A stretch of DNA of 64,000 bases from Dicyema japonicum (lineage: Eukaryota; Animalia; Dicyemida), in NCBI GenBank assembly GCA_011109175.1, contig RDEW01000001.1, positions 561,182-625,181 of the forward strand, written 5' to 3'. The notes below the pieces were generated by a model, which ran no database searches, had not been told where the DNA came from, and saw only the letters and a program-made list of their open reading frames with translations. Positions 11,750 through 25,737 of this stretch are shown piece by piece; the first letter of the stretch is position 1; every line of letters begins with the position of its first letter. The position numbers were made by a program, and so were the translations under genes.

Positions 11750-13662
11750 ATCAGAACCCAAAATCATTAATTAAAAAAAGGAATCGCTTGAAAAGACATG
11801 TACCTTTCTTTTTCGGAGAGAAAAATCAAACAAAAACTCTCAATGACGATATATAAAAGGAATAGAAAAACTAAAGCCAACAGATGGGACAAACTAGTAT
11901 CTTCCCTTCCATTTCAGAAATCTGCTCAGAAGATTTGGAGAGAAATTAAACAACTTGGTCCAAAAAAAAATTTTAAAAGACAACAGACGGATCAGCACAG
12001 TCTTAACAAGCTCATGAAATATTACGCCAATATAAGCCACAAACCTTTCAGGAAAATGGATGGGCCTTCTTTATCCTCAATAAGACCGAAAAGAACACAG
12101 CCGATTAACTTTATCTCTCATTCAGATGTCACTGAGGGTTTGAAGAGGATGAATTCTTCTCTCTTATGTGGGCCAGATTCTATCCCTGGTATTTTACTAA
12201 AACACCTTGGACCTATTGCGATTGATGCAATCACAGTGATTTTCAACTATTCAATAAACATGAATACAATTCCAACTATCTGGAAACCGTCCTATATACG
12301 CCCAATCCTTAAGTCTGGGAAGCTTTTTGACCAATCTCTTTACTTTGCACCTTATCAAAGTTATTGGAAAAATTGATTCTTAACCTTATAACCCCGTCCC
12401 TTCCTTTTTCGTCTTCACAACATGGATTCAGATGGGGTTATTCAACTTTTACCCATCTCACTTCACTCAAATAATTTATCCTTGAAGACTTTAACACAAA
12501 TTCTCGTCACCTCAAAACAGTCGTTTGCTCGATCGATCTACAAAAGGCCTTCTCAAGAAAAATTCTAACCCGAAAATTGTTTGGCCTTTCCGTCAACTCC
12601 AATATAAAGCTTTGGCTTGCTAACTTCATCAATGGAAGGGCTCAGGTATACATTGATGGGACCAACAGTTTCAAGATTACTACCCAATGGTGTCCCACAA
12701 GGTTCCCCTTTATCACTCGCCTTATTTAACTTATACATGTTCGATTTACCACCACCTGATAATAAAGACGATTTCATCCTACCATATTCTGATGACTTAT
12801 TAATCGGATCCCGCGATCAAGATATCCCAAAAGCATCAGAAAGACTACAGGAGTACCTTCACAAGATTCAAGTTTGGCTAAATTATAACCGGCTTGATAT
12901 ATTACTGATAAATCTTCTTTGTCTTTATTTACCTCAGACAAACGACTTGGACAAATGACAGTGGATATATTTATCAACCATACAAAAATATCTTTCACGA
13001 AGAAACTGAAAGATATGGGAATCACCTTCGACACACATGTCCTTTTCAAACCCCTTTCCCAGCTTTGAAATTGTTGTACAAACAATTCATTGAGCCATCT
13101 GTCAGCTATGTCTGTACGTCATGGGGAATCAATCTGTCCTGGACGAACAAACAAAGAATCCGCGACATTCAGTCCTTAACAGCCACTACTATTAGTAACC
13201 TCGGGAAACTAGAAAACCAATACCCTCATCACTTGAAGACCTTATCCGACAAAATCTGTGCATGCAGTCCAACTCTCAACAATACACAGCCACGACTTGT
13301 CTTATGAGAAAGGTATACATCACCCCTCTCCAATTCCTATTCCCGAAACCACCCCGCCCACAGAGAAGTTGTGGATCCCAGAAGGCGCACGAGGAGAAAA
13401 TGAGAATTTGATAGAGGCCTTCGAGATCACTTAATTTAGTAATNCTCATCACTTGAAGACCTTATCCTACAAAATCTGTGCATGCAGTGCAACTCTCAAC
13501 AATAAACAGCCACGACTTGTCTTATGAGAAAGGTATACATCACCCCTCTCCAATTCCTATTCCCGAAACCACCCCGCCCACAGAGAAGTTGTGGATCCCA
13601 GAAGGCGCACGAGGAGAAAATGAGAATTTGATAGAGGCCTTCGAGATCACCTAATTTAGTAA
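11750..13662 (+). mobile_element. Family A LINE RT and 3' end, 5'-truncated, decayed
   Basis: Motifs WKPSYIRPILKSGK, QHGFR, IDLQKAF, GVPQGSPLSLALFNLY, YSDD and LYKQFIEP. Terminal duplication around the n at 13444. Confidence 0.85.
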
Positions 13663-13749
13663 TTAAATTAACTATTGGTGTTCTTGGGTTAATAATAATA
13701 ACGAAAAATTAAGTAATCGAATAATTAAGAAGAAATATCCTGTCCATTT

Positions 13750-14950
13750 ACGAGCGTTGAATTTAAATTAAATTTATTGAACCAAAATACCACCATAACC
13801 AAAACAAAAAATTCAGGTGATCCCGGCCTCCCTCAGCAATCTTCGTATCTATTCCTGTTGTTCAGATTATGTTCCGATTTACGGTAAAAATGGGGTTAGG
13901 GCTCAAATTCTCAGCCAGAAAATTGTTCCGTTCACATTAACCATAGTTTCAAAATTTCTGGACAGGATTTCATTGCAAGAACACCTCCTCTTAGGGCTCA
14001 AATTCTCAGCCAGAAAATTGTTCCGTTCACATTAACCATAGTTTCAAAATTTCTGGACAGGATTTCATTGCAAAAACACCTCCTCAATAGATACGCCTCC
14101 CTTTGCTTGAACGTTATAGATCTTGATCAACTTCGTTGTTGCAAGGTTTGTCCCCAAGCAGCACATGCATAACCAATTGTAGGTTCAATGTACTGATTGT
14201 AGAGATTACCCAATCCATTCAGGCCTTTGGAGTCTCTTAGATTTCCCAGAAAAACCTTCATAAAGTTAATCCATCTGATACAAGCCGTTACTACTTTTTC
14301 TGAGTGGGTTGAAAAGGTTAAGGTCTCGGAGGTAACTCCGAGAATTTTCTGGTTTGTTTTGTGGGATAGTTTTCCCATCTAGTTGACGTCAATTAATAGT
14401 TACCATAGTCTCCTATTGACGTGAAAAGGGTCAAAACTGATTTCTCCGGATATGCTCTCGATTGATTTCCATATTATTTACGCTGTCCTCTAATTTTTGC
14501 GTCGATAATTCATCCTTCGATGCAACAACTGTATCATCCGCGTAGGACAGAAAGAAGATCTTCAGAGATAGTAATCTTCCCAAAACTTTTCAATTTGACC
14601 TTAGAAACATGGCTATAACTCACGAACTTTCTATTTTCCACGTTTATTATCTCACTATCCAAAGATACCTTCAAATAGAATCAGATAACAATCAAGAACA
14701 CCTAAATCTTATGTCTGAATATCAAATCTCCATTAGAGTCCCCAGCAACCCTCTCTGCAACAGACCGAAAATAATTCAACTAAGACGTGACATAATCTTA
14801 CACAAGTTTTACTACACTTCACTTTAGAAAGACTTTTGGGAAACCTCTGTGTATGTAAATTAGATGACGTAAAAGATATCCTATGTTCCTCTTTCAACCT
14901 CTCCGAGTTGACAGAATTACCTTTTTGAATGTCATGATTTGTACAATGTT
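13750..14950 (-). mobile_element. Family A LINE RT fragment
   Basis: LSYADDTVVA (YADD 14533-14544) and NLYNQYIEPTIGYACAAWG. Includes a duplication near 13896-14083. Confidence 0.7.
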
Positions 14951-15765
14951 TATCCACACAGGACAGAACAATCGATAGGACAGACTGGTATTTGCCGCGT
15001 ACTACTTAATAGTCGCTGGTCCCTTAGATGTTAGTGAGACCGGGGTTACTTAACTAACTAACATTAAATAGTTCCTTTCTTTGAACCATCACTCCGAAAT
15101 GTGGAGCATGTGGTATCTCAAACGATCACTCAGACCTAACAACCAAAATTTCCAACATCTCAGATTCACTAACCAAAGGCACATGCACAAAACCAATTCA
15201 GATCTTATAAGAACGATTAGAAAATTTACTTCCAGCAATAAAACTGATCATGGACCAAAAAATTCACAACTTCAATTCCACAAGTTGCATGTGACTCGTT
15301 GAGGGCAACATAATACACCTCTTAGATAAACATGAGAATCGTAACCCTCGACGATCATTAAAGTGTGACTCGCATATCTACAATATATCATATCTAAATA
15401 CAAAAAAATTTTGGGATCTTTTTGGTTACCATGAACCACCAGGATTCAACGTAGACATATAGAATCGCTATGACTTGGCAGATCATTGGTAGCTTCCACC
15501 AACTTCCTACATGTTGTCAAAGTCTAACTATTAATAAAATAACATAAAAATCATTAATTTAAAATAATTAATCAATACAGATAATATAGCTTTATTTTAA
15601 ATATCTTTAGCATCCAGTAATAATATATCAAATTATAATGTAATATAAATTCGGCTCGATTCTAAACTAAAGAATTGTTCTGTTTCTAACGCATAAATCT
15701 TTAACCTTTTACTAAAGATTTCCGTGTGTAGGGATATCAATGAATATCTTTTGAGGTTTTTCATT

Positions 15766-16355
15766 TTTAAAGATTATTATTATAATAATGTCCAATGAGA
15801 AGAGCTATTCAGGATTCTCGACCCCGTCGGACTCGTCCTCACCTTTGTCGGTCTGGGATCACTTAGTTAGATGAGAACTTTTATTTCTTTCTCTTTGACC
15901 CAGTGATCCTGGGGGTAATAATAATAATAATAAAGACGGTTTTGCACGTTTATCATAAACTTTACTAATAATGGTTATCCAAATTATATATAAATTTTAA
16001 TCAATATAATATATTAAATTATATATTTGATTTTTCACTGTGGCAATTTTTAACTTTNTTTTAAAGATTATTATTATAATAATGTCCAATGAGAAGAGCT
16101 ATTCAGGATTCTCGACCCCGTCGGACTCGTCCTCACCTTTGTCGGTCTGGGATCACTTAGTTAGATGAGAACTTTTATTTCTTTCTCTTTGACCCAGTGA
16201 TCCTGGGGGTAATAATAATAATAATAAAGACGGTTTTGCACGTTTACCATAAACTTTACTAATAATGGTTATCCAAATTATATATGAATTTTAATCAATA
16301 TAATTAAATATATTAAATTATATATTTGATTTTTCACTGTGGCAATTTTTAACTT
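15766..16355. repeat. ~292-bp tandem duplication around the n at 16058, containing a LINE 3' terminus and a (TAA)n tract
   Basis: Copies at about 15766-16057 and 16059-16355. The segment gagctattcaggattctcgacc...gggatcacttagttag recurs inverted at about 61660-61735. Confidence 0.85.
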
Positions 16356-16714
16356 TCCACACAAGAAAACCGTGCTAGTCTTATTGGATATAGAGAAGCT
16401 TTTGACTTAGGAAGATCCTTACCGTAAAATTATATGATTCCCGATCCCCATTAAGAAGACCATTTCAATCCTGGGAGTCACACTGGATCTGGTTACCGGC
16501 AGGATCCAAAAGGAAATTGAAACTCTCAAGGTTTTTACGAACTCTTCAGTATTTTCTTTCCCATAGTTGAGCTTCAATATAAACAATTTGTTCTACCGAA
16601 CATCGAGCATGGATTTTCCTGCTATTACTATTAGCGGGATCACTTAATTGACGGTAACTTTTGTCCTCTTTCTTGTGATTCATGGGTTTGTTAGTTAATA
16701 GCATTACCGCGCTG

Positions 16715-19170
16715 CCATAAGCACGTAAAATGCCTAGGGTTTCGCTTGTGCCGTACACTCGACTATCCTCCCAGTCAGCCATCACCATCTAGCTCTGTTC
16801 CTCGCTCGTTTACGAATGTCCTCAAGATCGTCTCCAGTTTTGAGTTGCCTAGGGTTTCGCTCGTGCCGTACACTCGACTATCCCCCCAGTCAGCCATCAC
16901 CATCTAGCTCTGTTCCTCGCTCGTTTACGAATGTCCTCAAGATCGTCTCCAGTTTTGAGTTGACCGCCAATTCGTGCGTAATCGTTATTTAGGGAGAGGC
17001 GAAGCGTACATTTTGGCCGACCCCGAAATCCAACTCCGTGATTTGAATAGTAATCTTCCATGATTTGATTGCAAGGAATCACTTTTCAGAACATGTCCGA
17101 AAAATCGCCAGCGTGAGGTAATTACTTCTCTGCTTATCGGTTTGCATTTACATAATTTGTAGAGTGTCGTTTTTGATAATCTGTGGCCATTTGATTCCCG
17201 CAATTTTTCTCAATTGAATTTTAGTCTGTCAAGGTTTGTTTTTGATGTTCCCAATGTTCCCGAGTTATATAATAGGACTGGTTGTACGAACGCGTTATAT
17301 AATCGCTTCCGAAGATTTAAGGAGATATGATTTCTGCGAGTCCGAATACTCCACATCTTTTTTAGTGCACACGATGCCAACATCTTTCTGCGAGCAATGT
17401 CCTCAGCATCACCCAATAACGATCCCAGCCTTTTATTAAACTCCCATTTCTCATCAATCCGTGTCGGTAATTCCCGAATCGAAGTTAACTCCGCTTTATC
17501 TGAATTGATCTTCAAAGACCACTTCTCCTACTACTACAGTTCTTAGTACTCCACATCCTCAGACACAAAATCGATGTCATAAGCATATATTAATTCCACA
17601 AAATGATTAAGTGACCTAATTCTTTTATCTCGTTGTCGGATAGACAATTCATTGACTGTCAAGTTATATGCTCCTTTATATCTTCCTTTCATAGTATTTT
17701 CGCGAATCCCAACTGTTTCTTCGGCAGCCGTCATTATGGTTACAGAGATTCTTTTCCACACGATGTGGGGTAGGTCATCCATAGAAATATTGGATAGATA
17801 CTGGTCCATTCGCTGCTGGTATCTCGTGAGGAGTGCAAGATTATTTACTAATTTTTCTCCCGCTATCATCTGTGTTTTTATGGGACGTGAATGATTCGCA
17901 CATAACATACCATAAAGCCTGCTAAGATTCAACCGACAGACTACGATCTTGTGATTGCTATTTGTCAATGCTCCTCCACACGAACGGGAGTCCACTAAGA
18001 ATCTCTTGTGCGACTGCTTGCACAAAATGTAATCTATTTGATTAATTATTTTTTGTTCCTCTCCATTTTTGTTTGTTTTGCTCCTCCACACGAACGGGAG
18101 TCCACTAATAATCTCTTGTGCGACTGCTTGCACAAAATGTAATCTATTTGATTAATTATTTTTTGTTCCTCTCCATTTTTGTTTGTTTTACTACCTACCC
18201 AGGTGGTCTTGTGTCGGGCGGCGTGCTGAAAGGCCGTGTTGCACATAAACAAATCGTAGATATTACAAAAGTCCATCATAAAATTTCGAGAATTTCGATA
18301 TCCTTTTCCGTGATTACCAATGCAACGTTCACCTTTGCGTCTAATTTCTGCCTTTGAATTCCAGTCTCCCGAAACAAAAATTAGCGTGGAGGAGCAGAGT
18401 TGAAAGTATACTTCCGATAAACTCATATAAAAATCATCAAGCTCATCCATAGAAGTTGATAATCTTCCTGTGTGGGGGGGCAAACATATTTATGACAGTC
18501 ATAATCGACCTCTTATACGTGATCCGATGTTAAGTTGGATGATAGCAATTCGGTCTGTTACCCTCCATACTTTGAGTAACCAATCCACAAGTGAGATGTG
18601 TATAGCAAAGCCCATCCCATATTGACGGGAGTCGGATGGTAGTAGTATTAACCGGTGTTTGTCATAGCATACATCTCGTTCTGTCACCTTCTTCTCCTGC
18701 AGACATNNNNNNNNNNNNNNNNNNNNNNNNNNNNNNNNNNNNNNNNNNNNNNNNNNNNNNNNNNGGGGGGGCAAACATATTTATGACAGTCATAATCGAC
18801 CTCTTATACGTGATCCGATATTAAGTTTGATAATAGCAATTCGGTCTGTTACTTTCCGTACTTTGAGTAACCGATCCACAAGTGAGATGTGTATAGCAAA
18901 GCCCATCCAATAATGACGGGAGTCGGATGGTAGTAGTATTAACCGGTAATCGTCATAGCATACATCTCGTTCTGTCACCTTCGTCTCCTGCAGACATTCC
19001 ACACCGGTTTTGTATCTTTCTAGATCCGTACATAGAATGTTCTGTTTGATGTTTGAGGCAATTCCTACGACATTGAAAGATGTAATGGAAAAAAGCGTAG
19101 AGTGGATTGATCGAGAATACGATAAAGACATTACAATGAGAGAGGTGTCAACTAACTCAACCAACAAATT
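16715..19170 (-). mobile_element. RTE-like LINE (family B), APE present, most of RT internally deleted
   Basis: APE motifs CLQETKV, GMGFAI, SGDWNSK and NQIDYILC. The frame jumps near 17615 directly to ELIYAYDIDFV. 3' motifs RWRFFGHVL and FRGRPK. Several duplications and an N-gap at 18707-18764. Confidence 0.85.
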
Positions 19171-21039
19171 CCTGCGTTAATAGAATTAAAAAAATTTAAT
19201 TTTGAATTTTCAGATGTTTGAAAACTATCGTTTTATAAGAAATAAGACTAAATTTATTTGATAGAAAAACCAATTTTATTTAACGCAGAAACTATCAGTT
19301 AACAACTGCTGGCTGCTCTTATAATTGAGATTGTATTTCCCCTGACGATTTGCAAGGAAATGCGCTCAATGTCCGTAGAAAAAAAAGAGCTGTGGCCGTA
19401 GAAAAAATGAATTTTTCTTGGCTCTCCTCTATACTGCAATAATTTGTCAAGCACGAGGCAAGAGATTCTTACAGTGATCTCTCAATGTGTACATGCCTTT
19501 GCTTTCCAACAAAATAATCGTGAGTTTTTTATTAACTTTCACACAGATATTATTGATTGCCACTTAATCTACAAATTTGTAACTTATTGATTGGTCAGTG
19601 AAATACGTCACAATCCGATCTTTTTGGCGTTCAAATCAAGGATAGGAAAGCAGTTCCCAACAAAATTGGTAACCTCCACATTGACTCTTAGGTTTAAACA
19701 ATCCTATAAAAATTAGCAGTGTGGACAATTCAGAGTATTCTAGTTTAATGGTGTTATTTTTAATTAAAATTGTTGATATTCACAAAATCAACTCAAATAA
19801 ATAAAGTAGCATTTTAATGAATTTTTATTCTTTTTAACAAAAATACTTTATTAATATTTAAAAATATAAAAAATTATTTTATTTCTGCAAATGGTTTTCA
19901 GGTTAAACAAGAATGAGTTGCGCCAGATATTCGAGAATCCACAAAATAGATTTCTTGATGCATCGCTTTCCAGAAAATGTAAACAGCGTATTTGGAGACT
20001 TGACCCATTGCTAGTTTTAGAGGATATATATAATAACTCATACGTTAAAACAATCAGTAAAACTAAGTTCATTATCCGTTTGGCTACTGAAGGAACTCTT
20101 GGACAACATCAATGATGCTCAGCTCGGCGCAGTCTGATTTTATGTCCTTGGATCTTTCCGTTTGATTGTGCTTCTTCCAAAAATCAGAAACATTTTGTCC
20201 TCACTTTATTTTACTCATATCTTAATCTGGGTAATTCACAACAAGGTTTACGTCCTCTTTACTCAGCCACTTCTAACTTGAATGTCCTCTCTAATTTATC
20301 GCTGACAGGTTCAAAAACAACATTCCTTTTCTTTGCACGGTCTTTTCCATAATCAACTTTTTCAAATCCTTTGATTGTACCTCTCACCACTCCCTCCAGT
20401 AAATTCGTCTTTTCAGCCACTCTCCCTCTATTGCAAAGATGATTTGCTACCAGGAGACTTGAGTGATGTCTTTTGTCACTATCTTAATCTCATGCCATAT
20501 AAAATTCATTTTTTACTCTTCTCCCATGTTATACTCTCAAACCCCAGAAATTAAAAGATTGAAAGCTATTGGGGATAATCACTTGTGCGATTCGTTCGCT
20601 GGATCAATCCAATTCTTAACTTTCCTCGCTTCACTCTATTAACCTGTCCAAAACTAATATTGGAAAGAAAATATTTAAAAGTGCGACCTCATACCCTTGG
20701 ATCACTAACTCTGACCTAGCTATCTTCCTTCTCTATGAGATTCCATATTGGGTCCCTAATCCACTCTAAACGACTTATATGTTCACTCATCACATAATGG
20801 TAAATGAAAGAGCTCATGGTAGTCAATCAAGTATAATGCACTTCAAAAATCGATTTATTAGTTTCTGTATCCCATAATTACTAGCAAAAGCTCCAATCGC
20901 TCAATATTTGTTTCAGATATTGTCTTGCAAAAAATAGTCGACTTCCCATTTGGTATATTTCAAATTACATTTTATTATTAAAAATTAACAAAAATTATCA
21001 AATTGACTTTGCTTTATTGTTAAAATAAAATAAACAAAC

Positions 21040-21520
21040 GGCCACCATGACTGTCCTCTCAGGATGGAGAATGAGATTCGCTCAAATAACCAGCAGCGCT
21101 CACGGGGATCTCATGTTCTCCAGAAATCCGATTTCCTAGACGACTTAAAAATTCCAGCGTCGCAGGCGCAAGAAGATTGTACATTTCGAATGCGAGAAAA
21201 AATCTTTGGATAGGACCGCGTACTTTGTCCGTTTTGATCTCTCAGCCTTATCAAATTAATGAGAAATAACCAAATTTCCAATTCTTTTATGGTCATTAAA
21301 CTTACAATTAATGATTTTTTAAATTTAAAACTAACAGTTAAAAACTACTAGATGCTCTGCAAACTAGCAATCGTAAATAACGTGAACTAGTCGAGAAAGA
21401 CTTTGTACTATCTTTGTTGGCGTCTACATCGCAACTTAATCAATCGACTCAGGATTAATGGACAGTGCCGAACCCATGGCGTCCTACCCCCGTGACTAGG
21501 AATCTATAGACTGGTGGTGA
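21040..21520 (-). mobile_element. CRE-like RLE-domain 3' fragment
   Basis: Minus frames GRHGFG, AERSKRTKYAVLSKDF, and (across a frameshift) EFLSRLGNRISG..DPRERCWLFERISFSILRGQ. Confidence 0.6.
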
Positions 21521-21593
21521 ATCAAAAAGTAAGCTTTAACAAAGTAACAACAGTCCAAAACAAGAGTGGCAAAAATAGATAAAACAAAATTCA

Positions 21594-22077
21594 TTAATTA
21601 TTAAAAAATTTATTAACTGCAACTCTACACGTGGCAATCCATATCAAATCCTCGTGATTATTAGAGACTAAAGTAAAGATGACCCGAACCTTTGAGAGGC
21701 CAGAACAGGGAAACTTCACGGAGATGTTTGTATGGACAGTAATAGTAGACACACGACAAAATTACAATTTCAAGGAATATTAACAGTATTTTGGATGTTG
21801 ACTTTATTTTCTTCAATTTTTCTTCAACTTTTATGCTTTCTTTTTTTAACAAAGTTATTTTCCGCTTTAACAGAGAGTGTTTAACAAGATCATGGGGAAG
21901 TCGACAGTTTTCCAGTTCTTTCGTGGATTCTTCGAGTTCCACGAACACTGGGCTCTTCTGGTAGAATCCCTTTACTACCTAGAAATAAAATCTCAGGAGT
22001 ACTTTGAATATTTTGGGTAACAGAATCCTTTTAATGGCGTTAAGAAAAAAGTAAGCTAAAGGGACAACGAAAATCAT
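21594..22077 (-). CDS. GET1: GET1/WRB tail-anchored protein insertase subunit; introns 21979-22002 (24 nt) and 21668-21689 (22 nt)
   Basis: Reads MIFVVPLAYFF...IFK|VVKGFY...KELENCRLPHDLVKHSLLKRKITLLKKE (coiled coil, compare DEFARYARLERKINK)...FWPLK|VSNNHEDLIWIATCRVAVNKFFNN*. TM/coiled-coil/TM layout of the GET1 family. Confidence 0.78.
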
Positions 22078-22229
22078 CACAAAAGACAGAATTTAAAAAT
22101 TCAAAATATCTATTTTGTATTATTTTTATCGAAATCTACTAACTAATATAAATATATTTTTGAAAAAAGGTGGATCGTTGGATGCCATAGGTAAATGAGT
22201 CATCACTAGAGTGTATAAGAAATGGTAAA

Positions 22230-22370
22230 CATATAACCTATACGCTTCAAAATATGACAAGGAAATCCTTCACAACTCTATTCACAACTTGTTAAAAACA
22301 CTACAGCATCAAGGTTGTTACCAAACCACATGACTACACCCAACAACTCAACAGGAACCATTATGAAAGT
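22230..22370 (+). mobile_element. Dispersed repeat, possibly a Penelope-like RT C-terminal remnant (second copy 57914-57982)
   Basis: taaaaacactacagcatcaag...caactcaacaggaacca occurs at both loci. Frame KHYSIKVVTKPHDYTQQL. Confidence 0.4.
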
Positions 22371-23679
22371 CCCAATTCTTTTATCTCGTTGAGTTTTTGT
22401 ACCATAATTTACTGTTTAAGAGCTTAAATGGTTTGCTGGGTGGCTATTGTAGTGACAAAAGTGACCACTGTCTAGTTTACCTGATCAAAATCAAAAGGTT
22501 TTGCTGAGTAACTGACATTATTGGCCCGGACAGACAAGAGGACAGTTAAATTCTGCGGGAATTGGCTTCCTGTATTTTTCCTCTTATTAGGCAAATTCAT
22601 ATTTTGTGGTGTTTTTAAGCTATCAGAGAATAATTTTATAAGAATGTTTGGTAGGTGAATTTCATTGTTGTTGAAAAGAAGCACTTCACAGTGAATAAAC
22701 TAACAATTATGTCAGGCATCTCTGTCAATGGTTTCTTGGAAAAGTGAATAACTTATGAACGGAAGAATATTATTGGCCAAGTCGAACTTGCGTTATCAGT
22801 AAATTGGCGGTAGACGACATGGAAGCAAATATCTTATCATTCTCTTCAGAAATGTTCCAAGTGTCTTGCGAAATAGAGTCCTGATCAAATATAACTCTTA
22901 GACTGTTTGGTGCAATGTTGAAGGGAATTGTCATAACATTCAGGCGAATGATTGATGCTGCAATGTTCTTTGCAGTAAACAGGGTGAAGGACATTACTCT
23001 AAATACTTTGAGGCGTAATATTATAGGTGTTCACGTCTTTAATCACACGTTATCCACGGTAAAGTGGTGATATTCATCGACAATTCTCCACTGAGGATTA
23101 GACTATTAAAATCCTTCATTAATAAATTTGGAAAGGATGGTCCATGTTATTAAGTTTTGTTATGATAGAGTCTGGGCCTCTGGTTATAAAGCTGAGGGCC
23201 ATTAAGATTGCTCTGTGAAGGTCATGCGAGTTTAAGAATAATATGATGTATTCAGATTAGGTTAATCATATTCAGTTCCTCATCCCTCCAATATTTCTAT
23301 CGATTATGACTCCATGAAGTTTTGTCTACACATTAGCGATTAAATATTTAACAGGAATGTTTTCATTACTAACCTTCATTTGGGAGAGATATACACTTTA
23401 TTCCAGGAAAGAAATACGAGTTATGCTAATTAATCGTAGGAAGGAGGCAGTTTTCTTAGCTTGAATATAAAATTATCCAAAATGATTATAAAAAACTAGA
23501 TTTTTTTGGAAACATTCATAACTTTTAATGAGATTTTTAGGCAATGGCAATTTTAATATTATTTTTTCACTCAAATTTTTGAATTTCAAAAAACAAAATA
23601 TTGTGTTTTTGTTGTATTTTTGTTACCATTGAACATTTAAATTCTCTGCGGCACAATCGAGGCCAATAAGCATCGATAT

Positions 23680-23972
23680 TATATAATAAAGATGGAGACT
23701 GTTTGGGCACGTGCTTAGAATGGACACAAACGCCCCTGCAAATATAATAATGGACAATTACTTTAACAATGAAAACAAACCATCGTTCAGAGGAAGGCCT
23801 AGAGTCACTCTACCTGTGGCTCTGAACAAGGATCTTAATGGAATTGGAAGAAAACTTAAATCTGCAGAAGACCTAGAAGATCTAAGGACAGATGCGCAAA
23901 GCAGATGGCGATGGAGACTCCTAGTGAAGCAAATTTCGAAACGTGTGGCACAAACGGGACCTTAGTTAATAT
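23680..23972 (+). mobile_element. RTE-like LINE (family B) 3' fragment
   Basis: RWRLFGHVLRMD...FRGRPRVTLP...EDLRTDAQSRWRW. Same C-terminus as the copies near 10.2, 16.9 and 47.5 kb. Confidence 0.8.
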
Positions 23973-24233
23973 AACGTTCTTTGGTTCTGTAAAAGTGCTT
24001 TTAATTATACTTAATTTTTAATCCTCCATTCTTATGTTTTAAAACTGTTTCCTATCAGTCCTTTGATCAAGTTCCTAATCCACCCCTTCAACCTGCTTGA
24101 AATAACCTTTTTTGTACGCATTTTCAGGGTTTGAGTCAAAAACCTGTTGTATGTCAAAAAAGGATAATGAGATATTTTGATATCCTAGTTTGTATTGTAG
24201 GCCCTCTAAAGTGAATTTCGTATAGGTTGTAAG

Positions 24234-25512
24234 CAGGGTTGTTAAAAATCATGATTTTTTTAATTTAAATCTGGTTTTTTTGAATTAAATGATTTTTATT
24301 CGGAAACAAAGTAAAATAATAAAAACAATGGAAATCGTACTTATTTATTAAAAGCTTGTAAACAAAGACAAGTTTGGCAGTTTTTACAATTCTCAGCCTA
24401 TTTAGTACATTTGAATGTAGAATCCAAAAGTCAAAAAATTCCTTCTATTCCACCTGTGGAAGCAACTGCTCCAAGAATTTTTTTTCAGAGTGAAATTACT
24501 TCAGAAGGAAACTGGTAGGAGTTCGACTCCCACCAAGCTATAGAGCGAACATGTATAGTTTGAATGGATCAGCTTTTGCTCTGAAATTAATCAGAATCGG
24601 AAGAACATATTCATAATGTTCAGCACAATACTCCAAGGCGAGGTCAATCTCAGCTGTTGAAAAAGATCTCCCACAACGTGTTGGGTCCATTAGATTCGCA
24701 AGTAAGTGGAGAGGTGTGATTCGTTTGATCTGCTCAAGTTTTGACTTTTTCTAAAATATTCGTACATTCATAATCAATATAGATCTGTTCAAGTTCTTTC
24801 CAAATTGCAACAGATTGAAGATACTCAGCGGTGTGGTTATATCCGGAAGTGTCCACAGTGTCAATTAGATAGCTTTCTCCATCCAATGTTACAACTGACA
24901 CACAAATAACAGGTTCATTATGAATGCTACTCCACCCGTCCAACATCATAGGCACTGTCTTGTCTTGGAGTCTTTCCCGACAGTCTTCATGTATTTGATC
25001 GTACACACGATCGAACAATGGACCACCAATTTGATGAAGCATTTTGACGATACCCAGGAAGAAGCATTTGGACAAATTTTGGATGTTCTACAGCAGCAAA
25101 AGGAGTGTTATATATGTATCTAGCGAGTTGCATATCAATCAAATTTTTCTTCGATGAGGTCGTCGTAGTAACGAAATTGATTAAAGACTGGTCCCTCATC
25201 CTTGGGAGGAATTCGCTGATAAAATCACTTTCATGTTTCGACGGATTTTCAGGGATATCAATATTAGTTCGACATAGCAAATGATGCTGCCTCATCCGAG
25301 ATACGAGACCTTGTACCTCCTTCCCATAATTACGGCATCTGCCTTGACTCCCGTTCACTCCAGGAATAATACGTTTATCGACGTGAACCCACAAGGCATC
25401 ACGCTTTTCTCCAGACATTAAAAAAATTTAAATAATTTTTTTGATTTTTTTAATGATTTAAATTATTGATTTTTTTTGATTAAAATCAAATGATTTAAAT
25501 TTAACAACCCTG
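24234..25512 (-). mobile_element. hAT DNA transposon (BED finger + DUF659-type transposase), internally deleted
   Basis: TIRs cagggttgttaaa / tttaacaaccctg. 8-bp TSD gttgtaag (24226-24233) / gttgtatg (25513-25520). Peptides include a BED-like W...CR.Y.K...RMRQHHLLC, MLDGWSSIHNEP and a C-terminal AVASTGGIE.IF. Confidence 0.9.
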
Positions 25513-25737
25513 GTTGTATGGGTGGATCATCGGGAGAAGCCTTCTTGAATAGTCACACGAGAACCTTCACTTTTGTGGAGATTTTCAACCGGTCACTGTC
25601 GAAACGTCGGGGGGTCATTAACCATATGGAACTGTATTGGGTACCAAAAGAGAAGAAAGAGAGATAAACGAGAGAGGAGCTAATTTATTGGGCGTATTTC
25701 TCTACAAATCGTGAGGGGAAATACGTTTCAATCCTGC

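Noticed and set aside
19891-20115. ORF beginning FRL...RLATEG as a PIF/Harbinger transposase
   Set aside because: Resemblance is too weak, with no TIRs or DDE motifs seen.
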